A stretch of DNA of 64,000 nucleotides from a virus (taxonomy: Duplodnaviria > Heunggongvirae > Uroviricota > Caudoviricetes). Position 1 is the first letter of the stretch; each line of letters begins with the position of its first letter. The notes beneath the pieces are model-generated. The model did no database searches. It saw only the letters and a list, made by a program, of their open reading frames with translations, and was not told the origin of the DNA. The DNA is taken from positions 58,449-122,448 of the IMG/VR virus record IMGVR_UViG_3300037454_000478; one strand, written 5' to 3'. Of this stretch, positions 56,235-64,000 are shown in pieces. A program made the translations under genes and the position numbers.

Positions 56235-57044
56235 ATGCTACCATTAATTAACACGTTGAAATACGCGAATGCTCAAGTGGTCTTTCAGGAGTTTCCCGGA
56301 GAGACCACTCTTGCCATAAATATATCGGGATGCCCTAATCATTGTCCGGATTGTCATTCTCCTTATCTGTGGAAAGATGAAGGTACCCCTTTAACGGTAG
56401 ATGCCTTGACCGGACTTATCGAACCATACAAGGATACAATCACATGTGTTGGTTTCATGGGAGGAGATCAGAATATCCGTGCTCTGCATTATCTCATTGA
56501 TGCTGTGAAACCTACGTATCCCGGCCTCAAATTTGGATGGTATAGCGGCAGGAACCAATGGACTGACAATATCATCGAACCATTTGATTATGTCAAATTC
56601 GGGCCATATAAAAAGGAACGTGGTGGATTGGATAATCCAACAACCAACCAAATAATGCTCAAGCGTATTGCCAATGAGGATGGTTCCTTTGTTATGTGGC
56701 TTGATATTACGAAATACTTTTGGAGAAGCACTCCTCAAGAGCTAAAGGATGTATACCTTAAAGTAACGTATAAAAATATTGCGTTTTTACATCATGTAGC
56801 CGGAGAAACCATGTTGTTCCAGGGTATTGGGATGACTGTTGATGGATATGCGACAAAACTCGTACAACCCACCGAGGAGAATTTTGTCAAAGGCTTCATC
56901 ATGTCACTTAATGGTCAAACTCCGCCGGATGAATGCGTCACTCATGAGTTCCGTAGAAAATGGGGGAGTAATGATGAATGGGAGGATGCGGGCCCCTTAC
57001 CACCTTTTCGAGCGATGTCGGATCCCAAAAAAATTGCTGAATAG
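56235..57044 (+). CDS. nrdG: anaerobic ribonucleotide reductase activating protein NrdG (radical SAM) with an extra ~120-aa C-terminal domain
   Basis: PGETTLAINISGCPNHCPDCHS (CxxxCxxC), GFMGGDQ and WYSGRNQW align with E. coli NrdG. Confidence 0.75.
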   Translation: MLPLINTLKYANAQVVFQEFPGETTLAINISGCPNHCPDCHSPYLWKDEGTPLTVDALTGLIEPYKDTITCVGFMGGDQNIRALHYLIDAVKPTYPGLKFGWYSGRNQWTDNIIEPFDYVKFGPYKKERGGLDNPTTNQIMLKRIANEDGSFVMWLDITKYFWRSTPQELKDVYLKVTYKNIAFLHHVAGETMLFQGIGMTVDGYATKLVQPTEENFVKGFIMSLNGQTPPDECVTHEFRRKWGSNDEWEDAGPLPPFRAMSDPKKIAE

Positions 57045-57045
57045 T

Positions 57046-57076
57046 GTTAATTTTGTTCCTTGCCCGTTTATATATA
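57046..57076 (+). promoter_or_regulatory. conserved phage promoter (GTTAAT variant) plus shared leader
   Basis: gttaat at 57046-51 and tttatatata at 57067-76; ATG at 57105. Confidence 0.55.
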
Positions 57077-57104
57077 GGTGAAATTAAAAGGAAAGGAACA
57101 CAAT

Positions 57105-57485
57105 ATGGAAAACAGATTCTATCAAAACAACGCGGAATACAAGCCGGTCGAAATGTCCAAGAGACGTATGATCGAACACCTCACCAAGATCCAGGATGAA
57201 TGCTTTGACGAGGAACTCGCAAAGAAATGCTATAAGATCCCGGGTATCCGTAAAAAGGACTTCGCCTATCACTTCAACGTGAGATACGGCCGTCCTTTGA
57301 AAAAGGAGGTGATCGTGTTCAGCAAAGGTGGTTCCGATATTTGCGGAAGTTTCTGCATGACTGAATCCATGGGTGTGGAAATCGAAGAACCGGTCAAGGT
57401 CGTGGTGGTCCTCAAGTCTGCACCTAATACATACCAAGTGTGGAGTTTTGATTGGGACGATAAATTCTTCGATAAGTGGTTCTAA
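57105..57485 (+). CDS. hypothetical protein (126 aa)
   Basis: ATG after a promoter and the duplicated 33-bp leader. Confidence 0.5.
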   Translation: MENRFYQNNAEYKPVEMSKRRMIEHLTKIQDECFDEELAKKCYKIPGIRKKDFAYHFNVRYGRPLKKEVIVFSKGGSDICGSFCMTESMGVEIEEPVKVVVVLKSAPNTYQVWSFDWDDKFFDKWF

Positions 57486-57496
57486 ATCAATGACAT

Positions 57497-57742
57497 ATGG
57501 CAGATATTAGGATCTATAATTTCGACACCACAAACGAAAACCTAAAGAATTGCCCGTTTTGCGGATGCACTCCGGAGTGGTTTTTGAAAGGAAACGATGT
57601 AACTCCATCAAGAACCGTGGTAATCAAATGCCCACATTGTAATGTGAGGATGGAAACCAGTGGGCGAAGATGGAGTACAGTTGAAGTGGCTCAACGCGCC
57701 ATGGATAAGTGGAATCAACGAATCGGCGAAAGCCGTTGGTAA
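57497..57742 (+). CDS. Lar-family restriction alleviation protein-like
   Basis: 81 aa; CPFCG...CPHC Zn ribbon and C-terminal AQRAMDKWNQR, as in the Lar family. Confidence 0.55.
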   Translation: MADIRIYNFDTTNENLKNCPFCGCTPEWFLKGNDVTPSRTVVIKCPHCNVRMETSGRRWSTVEVAQRAMDKWNQRIGESRW

Positions 57743-57921
57743 TCAATAAATTAACATTAAACCCCTAATATTATGAAGGAAAACGTCAAGCAATTTTTCG
57801 TGAAGTTAATCAACTATCTGCAATTCCTTTTGGAAGGATCATTCATCACTCCCTACAAGGCGCCCACCATGGAGCAGCTCCGTTCAACGAACAAATATTG
57901 AATTAACACAAAACTGTAGTT

Positions 57922-58440
57922 ATGGATCGAAAAGAATACCTCAAATCATTAAACCAACCGGCCCCGGAATCCGCGGAATTTGACAATAAGCATCATCCGG
58001 TATTCCTATCGTTGGCCGAGTACCTCGCCGCACGCCGTAAATGCGCGGAATACGAGGAATCCGAAAACATTTCCGACCAATTGACGGCCGAGGACTATCG
58101 CTTGTTCGATAAGAACTTCGAAAATGCCCTTCACGATGCCCTGTACAAGGACAACGATTTCGACAAGGACGAGATCGAACGTACAATCCAAATGATGAAG
58201 TCCGTTGGTTGGACTTGGGCACATGGCCTTACCGATAACCGTAAGCCATCAACACCCAATTGTAAGGAATTTATCGATACCATCAGGTACTGCTACGAGA
58301 GTTGCTTTAACAACGGCTCTGCACATGGCTTCTGCGCTACCGGTGGAATCTCCGTGGAAATCGATATTTTGGATCACTTTGTGAAGATCCAATTCAGCAG
58401 CATCGATGTCTTTGCATTTGATGGTGACGATAGCCACTAA
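57922..58440 (+). CDS. hypothetical protein (172 aa)
   Basis: ORF. Confidence 0.5.
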   Translation: MDRKEYLKSLNQPAPESAEFDNKHHPVFLSLAEYLAARRKCAEYEESENISDQLTAEDYRLFDKNFENALHDALYKDNDFDKDEIERTIQMMKSVGWTWAHGLTDNRKPSTPNCKEFIDTIRYCYESCFNNGSAHGFCATGGISVEIDILDHFVKIQFSSIDVFAFDGDDSH

Positions 58441-58454
58441 AAATCGATTTTAAC

Positions 58455-58545
58455 CGCATTTATTTGCGATATAACAAGAGATCCCATTTGCCCTGATAAA
58501 CTATGAAGGGTAAATGGGATCTCCTTTTATATGCGATTTTTTGGG
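58455..58545. repeat. structured intergenic element, copy C
   Basis: TTTGCGATATAACAAGAGATCCCATTT / AAATGGGATCTCCTTTTATATGCGA arms with the loop CCCTGATAAACTATGAAGGG. Confidence 0.7.
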
Positions 58546-58552
58546 TATAAAA

Positions 58553-58581
58553 AAAGAACCCCCGGAGAGGTTCTTTTCTTA
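58553..58581. terminator. bidirectional rho-independent terminator between convergent genes
   Basis: AAAAAAGAACC-cccggaga-GGTTCTTTTCTT. Confidence 0.7.
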
Positions 58582-58601
58582 TATTTACCAACTTGGATGA
58601 A

Positions 58602-59861
58602 TTATTCGAGGCTTGCGAGCTCGGAAGCAATCTGTGAAAGCATTGCGAGGCGGGTTGGATCGCCCTTGTACTTTTCAGTAAGCTCGGCGATCTTGGCCTT
58701 ACGTTTTTCGATTGCCTCTTTTTCGAGGTTTTCCTTCATCTGTTGGCCCTCTTTCTCCTTGGCGGCAGTAACGGCACCCTCAATCGAATGCTCATAGAGC
58801 TTGGTGAGATCGATATGGGTGTACTTCTTGACGGCCTCAACGATCTGTGCGATGTCACCTTTGACTTCCCATGGTTGGCTACGGTTCGTGCGAAGGAGTT
58901 TTGCGTATGCGTTACCTTCATTTTCAATAACAATGAACTGGTCATTGCTGTTGCTGATGATGGAAACGTTATTGAGGATGGCGATCTTGCTGAAGTTTTC
59001 AACAACCTTGGCAAATCCCTCAAGCATACTTGCACGTTGTGCTTTTTGGTTGACCGGGGCAGCATTGACAAGATAGTTGTTATTCTCGCGGAGTTGATCA
59101 ACGGTGTATTCACCGACAACACCTTCATTCGTGATTGTGCATTGAACCTGCTCGTCCTTCTCTTCGACCTTGTAAGTACGGTTGAAAGCCTCCATTACAA
59201 GGGCGCCGTCCTTAAACTTAACGGTACCGGATTCGATCATGTTGGCGACAATGAGGAACTCATTGGAAACATCCTTTCGAGATGCCTCATAGATGCCGGA
59301 TTCATTGACGCGGAAGAGATGACCACCAGCGTGGAAATAGAAACCAGTTTCACCCTTTTCACAAAGAGCCACCGGATGAACGGCCGTATATTGGTCGGAA
59401 TACTCGACTATAGGTTGTTCACGATAAATGGCCTTTGCAATGGTGCGGAAGGATTCAACATACATGACATCCTTGAGGGCACCGGATTTGATATAGGAAA
59501 CAATTTCCTTCTCTTCCATTTCGAGCATTGGACGAACCTGCTCAACAGCACGCATTTGGAGGTAATTGCTATGACCATTACCGCCGTTTTCGATGGACTC
59601 ACATACGCTTGCGAGTGCCCATCCGAACTTGTTGGCATTGATCGTTTCTGCAATAGCCTCGACAACGGCTTGGATACCGGTATCGTAGGAAAGACCACGG
59701 GCTTCACGGAGGAATGAGTTAACAGTACCACAGGTAGCAGGGTTGGCCACCAAATAAGTACGATATTTATTGATCAATTCATTACCAATAGCAGTTTGTG
59801 CCTTGGCTTCAAACAACTTACCGGAAAAATCGAGTCCGGCCAAAACCTTGTACATGTTCAT
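58602..59861 (-). CDS. hypothetical structural protein with C-terminal coiled coil (419 aa)
   Basis: The + strand ORF 58743..59717 has shadow-ORF composition, so the minus-strand ORF is preferred. Confidence 0.6.
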   Translation of the reverse strand: MNMYKVLAGLDFSGKLFEAKAQTAIGNELINKYRTYLVANPATCGTVNSFLREARGLSYDTGIQAVVEAIAETINANKFGWALASVCESIENGGNGHSNYLQMRAVEQVRPMLEMEEKEIVSYIKSGALKDVMYVESFRTIAKAIYREQPIVEYSDQYTAVHPVALCEKGETGFYFHAGGHLFRVNESGIYEASRKDVSNEFLIVANMIESGTVKFKDGALVMEAFNRTYKVEEKDEQVQCTITNEGVVGEYTVDQLRENNNYLVNAAPVNQKAQRASMLEGFAKVVENFSKIAILNNVSIISNSNDQFIVIENEGNAYAKLLRTNRSQPWEVKGDIAQIVEAVKKYTHIDLTKLYEHSIEGAVTAAKEKEGQQMKENLEKEAIEKRKAKIAELTEKYKGDPTRLAMLSQIASELASLE

Positions 59862-59943
59862 ACTATTATTAAGCTTTTTTTCTTATCGGGTTTCCCCGTG
59901 TACTTCTATATAATAATCACTCCGCGAAACACATGATACTTAT

Positions 59944-62900
59944 TTACTTTACAGCTACCTGTTGTTCAGCTTGCTGTAAAACAACGGAGCTTTCGGTGTG
60001 GTACCATTGATTCAAAGATATCTTCGGACGTGGGCTTGGTCTCGTTATTATACCGGATACTTGTCCATCAGTAACAAGCATACGACCGTTGGATATCAAG
60101 TGGTCACCACCAGCCGATGCGTCATTTTGGGCATCCGGAAGGTTGTCAATAACATATTGAATTATGCTGCTACCAGTACCGGAACCTCTCGTTTCATCTT
60201 TTTTACCACCGGATCCGGCGACACTCACACCACTGTTAGGAGTATCCGAATCATTATCCTTACCATCCTCTTTGCCGGATGCACCGGATACACCGGATGC
60301 ATGTGTCGTCGTAATTGATGGAGTCATCATGATCGCACATGGTGTAAATGGATACGTTAAAACACCATTGAGTGTAATCGGTGATCCATTGGCATTTTCA
60401 TCCGACTTGAAATTACCACATCCTATTTTCAAATAGCCGGGCTTCGATCCTGCATTGAAACTACCTCCAACATATCCCTCGTAAGGAATGATTACGTATG
60501 GTATAGGTTCGGCGGATTCCCACTGAATTTCTGTTTCATCAACGTTCCACGTCCATGTTCCTCTATACGAGTTATTTGGGCATATCTTGACATTATTTTC
60601 AACAACTCTCAAGGATGGCGTAATATCAAAGTAGTTCGCACTTAAATTATCAACAGTAAGAACCTCAACGGATACCTTATCGGTTGGTTTAGCAAGCGGG
60701 CTATCAAACAATCCAATTATATATTGGGATTCGATATCCTCGCCGGATAATATCACCGATTGAGGGCCATTGATAACATTTGAGTTTTTATCTTGTGAGA
60801 ATGTCTCCGTATATAAATTAGATATAAGTGCGTTGGCCAACGTATAATACGGTACGTATGTGACTGATGATGGGTCTTCCGGTTGAGGTTGGGATCCGGA
60901 AGCTGCCTTGGCACCACCACGAGTTGTGGTATCCGAATTGGTATCCTCATCATTTCCGCCGGATGCATCACTGCTTGATGGGTTGTAATCCGAATTACCA
61001 TTATCGGTGGATGTTTCATCATCCTTTCCGCTGGATGAACCACCTATTGTGGAGCTTGAATTCGAATCGGAGCCACTGGAACCACCATTCGATCCACCAC
61101 CGGAACCGCCACCGGAATTTGGTCCGGTGCTATATGATGCCGGTTGCGGATCTACCTGTGCCTCCTCTTGTTCAAGATCATATACGGTGATATTTGGAAG
61201 ACTGATGTTCAACTCCGAAATACTGGCACGTATCGAATTTGAACGCTCATTATTCACGTTGATTGCATTCCATATAGGTGCGTGGAACTCCGTTGAGTTT
61301 TTCTTACACCTTATGAAACCAAACGGCACAATATCGAGGAATATGTTGTAGTCCATATCGCTGCAATAGAAATAATCCACTCCACTACCACTGCGTTTTG
61401 TTTTCCACGTGGTGTAATCAACTTCGAATATCCTTGGGAATAAATCGAAGTAATATTCAAACTCCATCATATAAGGTGCATAACGAAGTTTGCCGTAGAC
61501 TGCATATTTCTTTTGGGCATTGTTCTTGGTGATATTTCTCTGTCCATCGGCACGTTGTGCGAGACTCGACACTATACCGAGTGAAGAATCGGCTGCATGG
61601 TGGGTTTGACTTGCAGGATATTGCATTATTTTCTCAATACTGCAGTTTGATATGTCATACAACAAATCATCTGTTATATCGAGGTATGGTACACCATCAA
61701 TATCGGTTGTCCTCAAAATTTCGCTTCCCCATACATCGTAACTACCATTCGCTTTGATCTTTTTCCTGTTAAATCCTTCGATGATGGATCTCAATGATAT
61801 TTGACCTTGAGTGTTCTTCTCCTTATATATGGTTCGTGGAACGTCCTTCCATGCTGTGTTATTTGCATAATATCCGAATCCAAAAATATTGGGTTTATAT
61901 CCTGTTGAGTTGTGTAGGGAGCCGGGCGTTGTCACTTCTTTGGTGATGTCAAAAGGAATCTCATATTTGACAACATTATAGAGTTTTGAACGTTGTTTAC
62001 AATCAGTGCCCTCAAATGCATTGGTTGCAGCAGTGTCCGTACTACGAGCCCCTTCGTATGGTTTATAATCTTGCCAGTTAGGCCCGTAACCGGATATTGC
62101 GCGGTGAGGTGCGGAGTAACTTTCGGAATTATTGAACCATGACAACACGCCGATGTTCAACTCAAGTGTTCCTGTGATGGCAACCGTATATCCGAATGTT
62201 TTGTTTACGGAATCTATCGATCTCTTGAGCGAATAAGCCACATCCTTGAATCGTGACATACATGCGACTTTTGGTGTATTGATAACAGTTCCAAACGGTT
62301 TACCTGTGATAGTGAAACCTTGTCCACCAATTATAGTACCCTGAACAACCACACTGCCTTGGATTGTAGTGTTGCCTTGGATTGTAGCGTTACCCTGGAC
62401 ATTGATATTGTTATTAAAGACCGAATCACCCTGTACAAACATGGATCCTTGAACGGAGGTGTTACCTTGTACGCCTACATTGTAATCAATTTGCCAATCA
62501 CCAATATGATCTGCTTGAGGGTTATCGGTTTGGCTCATCCTCGTTGGGTCGTTTTGTCCACTACGATCAATCGGGGCGGAATGTAACTTCGAAAAGCCAG
62601 CACTGTCGGTGCGATTCTTTTCGGAATAAGTCATGTGGACTTTTGTTGGCTTTGTATTCGGATCCACAGGGGATTGATCAGGGTTTGCCGGGAGAATGTA
62701 TCCACGCGGTGCACCAATGGTGTTTGAATTGATATTCAACATAAGTGTCCAATAATCGTGGAGCTTGATGCTTTCAAAAACATCACAACGAGCATCATCG
62801 TCATAGCCTATATATGTATACGCACTAACGGTACCAACGTATACCTTTCCTAAATAGGCATATTCGTATACGCTATTTGGGCCTCCAGCGTGGTTTTCTG

Positions 62901-63867
62901 CAGGGAAAAACACCAAGGCAAGGTCGTTTGTCTTTGGCTGTTCAATTTCCACATATTCACCACCGTATTGGTAACCCCAAATGCCTTCGCTATTCCTCGT
63001 TGCCCATACGATTCGGCCTTCATCATCAATCGCCTGAATTTTGTTGAAAGTGATGATTGCGCCGGATTTTGCACCAACTGCAATGATTACGCTTGGGGAT
63101 AAACCATCGTCACCCTTGATACCTTGGGCAGTGATACCGGTTTGTTGGCCGTTAACATTCCAACAAAATTCCTTGACGGCATCGTCAAAGTAAAGTTTCG
63201 GTACGATCTGTACTGCCTCAAAATCCCAATTCCATGTAGCTGGATTGTTTATGTTATGTTGAGGATTGGATGCCACATATGTACCTTTACCGTAAATGGC
63301 GACCGAGAAATCATGGAATGTTTTATAAATCTCATCGTCATGGGCATGTCTACGAACCATGCGGTTAAGACCGGCAATACGGTTGTCGATGAAAATATAT
63401 GGGCTTGCAAGATATGCTTCCCCGGTAATGTCATCGACATTGATTTCGATATCGAACCCCGCAGGATTCGATCCAACCATGAGGGATGGGATTGCCTTAT
63501 ATTCAACACCATCAACAACCACGGAAGGTGCTACACCGCCATTAGTGAAGTAATCGTCATCAACCATCATACCAACACCACTACCGGCAATCATATCATT
63601 GACTGCTTGTGGCCCCATCGCGGTAGTAAAGGTCGTGTTAAATATTGTGCTTAATATACCTGCACTCAACTTCGTAAGTTTATGTGAGGTATAGCCAACG
63701 TGAACCGATCTTGTATATACACTGTTGCCGGGTTCGCCTTTTGTATACTGTACAGATATCAATCGCTCGATATTCTGTTTCATCGCATTACAAAATGCGG
63801 CGAAATCCTCTTGAAATCCCGGATCCCCGAGTTGGGGGATTCTCATTTCCGTAAAAATATTATTCAT
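59944..63867 (-). CDS. giant fibre-like structural protein (1307 aa)
   Basis: Collagen-like GEPGNS, tandem (V/I)QGNxT repeats, and two long Gly/Ser/Asp-rich linkers. Confidence 0.75.
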   Translation of the reverse strand: MNNIFTEMRIPQLGDPGFQEDFAAFCNAMKQNIERLISVQYTKGEPGNSVYTRSVHVGYTSHKLTKLSAGILSTIFNTTFTTAMGPQAVNDMIAGSGVGMMVDDDYFTNGGVAPSVVVDGVEYKAIPSLMVGSNPAGFDIEINVDDITGEAYLASPYIFIDNRIAGLNRMVRRHAHDDEIYKTFHDFSVAIYGKGTYVASNPQHNINNPATWNWDFEAVQIVPKLYFDDAVKEFCWNVNGQQTGITAQGIKGDDGLSPSVIIAVGAKSGAIITFNKIQAIDDEGRIVWATRNSEGIWGYQYGGEYVEIEQPKTNDLALVFFPAENHAGGPNSVYEYAYLGKVYVGTVSAYTYIGYDDDARCDVFESIKLHDYWTLMLNINSNTIGAPRGYILPANPDQSPVDPNTKPTKVHMTYSEKNRTDSAGFSKLHSAPIDRSGQNDPTRMSQTDNPQADHIGDWQIDYNVGVQGNTSVQGSMFVQGDSVFNNNINVQGNATIQGNTTIQGSVVVQGTIIGGQGFTITGKPFGTVINTPKVACMSRFKDVAYSLKRSIDSVNKTFGYTVAITGTLELNIGVLSWFNNSESYSAPHRAISGYGPNWQDYKPYEGARSTDTAATNAFEGTDCKQRSKLYNVVKYEIPFDITKEVTTPGSLHNSTGYKPNIFGFGYYANNTAWKDVPRTIYKEKNTQGQISLRSIIEGFNRKKIKANGSYDVWGSEILRTTDIDGVPYLDITDDLLYDISNCSIEKIMQYPASQTHHAADSSLGIVSSLAQRADGQRNITKNNAQKKYAVYGKLRYAPYMMEFEYYFDLFPRIFEVDYTTWKTKRSGSGVDYFYCSDMDYNIFLDIVPFGFIRCKKNSTEFHAPIWNAINVNNERSNSIRASISELNISLPNITVYDLEQEEAQVDPQPASYSTGPNSGGGSGGGSNGGSSGSDSNSSSTIGGSSSGKDDETSTDNGNSDYNPSSSDASGGNDEDTNSDTTTRGGAKAASGSQPQPEDPSSVTYVPYYTLANALISNLYTETFSQDKNSNVINGPQSVILSGEDIESQYIIGLFDSPLAKPTDKVSVEVLTVDNLSANYFDITPSLRVVENNVKICPNNSYRGTWTWNVDETEIQWESAEPIPYVIIPYEGYVGGSFNAGSKPGYLKIGCGNFKSDENANGSPITLNGVLTYPFTPCAIMMTPSITTTHASGVSGASGKEDGKDNDSDTPNSGVSVAGSGGKKDETRGSGTGSSIIQYVIDNLPDAQNDASAGGDHLISNGRMLVTDGQVSGIITRPSPRPKISLNQWYHTESSVVLQQAEQQVAVK

Positions 63868-64000
63868 AATTATCCATGTATTTTCGTTTTAACGTAATCT
63901 GAACCTTACGTGATATATTATATGTTCCACATCAGTTTCGCTGGCGTACTCAAAATTATATGAGATGTTGTATAACTCCTTTAGCTTATGTTTCATCCAT

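Noticed and set aside
58743-59717. 324-aa + strand ORF
   Set aside because: Overlaps the better minus-strand gene 58602..59861, which has a proper ATG start and convergent terminator context. The + ORF is L/V/G/D-rich shadow.

Overview
This window reads as a ~64 kb segment of a tailed dsDNA phage genome. The anaerobic class III ribonucleotide reductase (NrdD plus NrdG), a GH16 glycanase and a DGR target gene with a Fib_succ/C-type-lectin-like C-terminus suggest a host that is an anaerobic Bacteroidota-type gut bacterium (inference). I found no rRNA, tRNA, CRISPR array or transposase.

Layout: positions 1-44.9 kb are almost entirely + strand. They hold nucleotide-metabolism and accessory genes (P-loop kinase, MetK-like SAM synthetase, QueC, NrdD, ThyX-like, UDP-glucose dehydrogenase, GH16, a GH73 lysin) plus a complete diversity-generating retroelement (DGR). 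45.0-52.5 kb is a minus-strand baseplate/tail block with a gp25-like wedge protein. 52.7-58.4 kb is a + strand replication block (family B DNA polymerase, Dcd/dUTPase-fold protein, NrdG, Lar-like anti-restriction protein). 58.6-63.9 kb holds two large minus-strand structural genes, one a 1307-aa fibre-like protein.

Main observations:
- A complete DGR: a variable repeat (VR) at the 3' end of an 831-aa receptor-binding-like gene, an Avd-like ORF, a template repeat (TR), and a DGR-type reverse transcriptase. 21 of the 22 VR/TR mismatches fall on TR adenines.
- A possible tRNA-repair toolkit (RtcB ligase, CCA-adding enzyme with HD domain, metallophosphoesterase, HAD phosphatase).
- A truncated MetK-like SAM synthetase next to QueC and a dNMP-kinase-like protein.
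- A strongly conserved promoter motif, GTTAAG-N15/16-TTTATATATA, upstream of at least 14 genes, and one 33-bp leader duplicated verbatim upstream of two unrelated genes.
- A family of four ~90-bp structured intergenic elements sharing a conserved inner loop, CCCCGAATAACTATATAGGGG.
- A triple palindromic operator/iteron-like array.
- A Cys-rich gene broken by two frameshifts at homopolymer runs.
- A flotillin/SPFH protein, and an APH/ChoK-fold kinase inside the baseplate block.

All protein family calls are from motifs I recognised by eye. None is confirmed by a database search.
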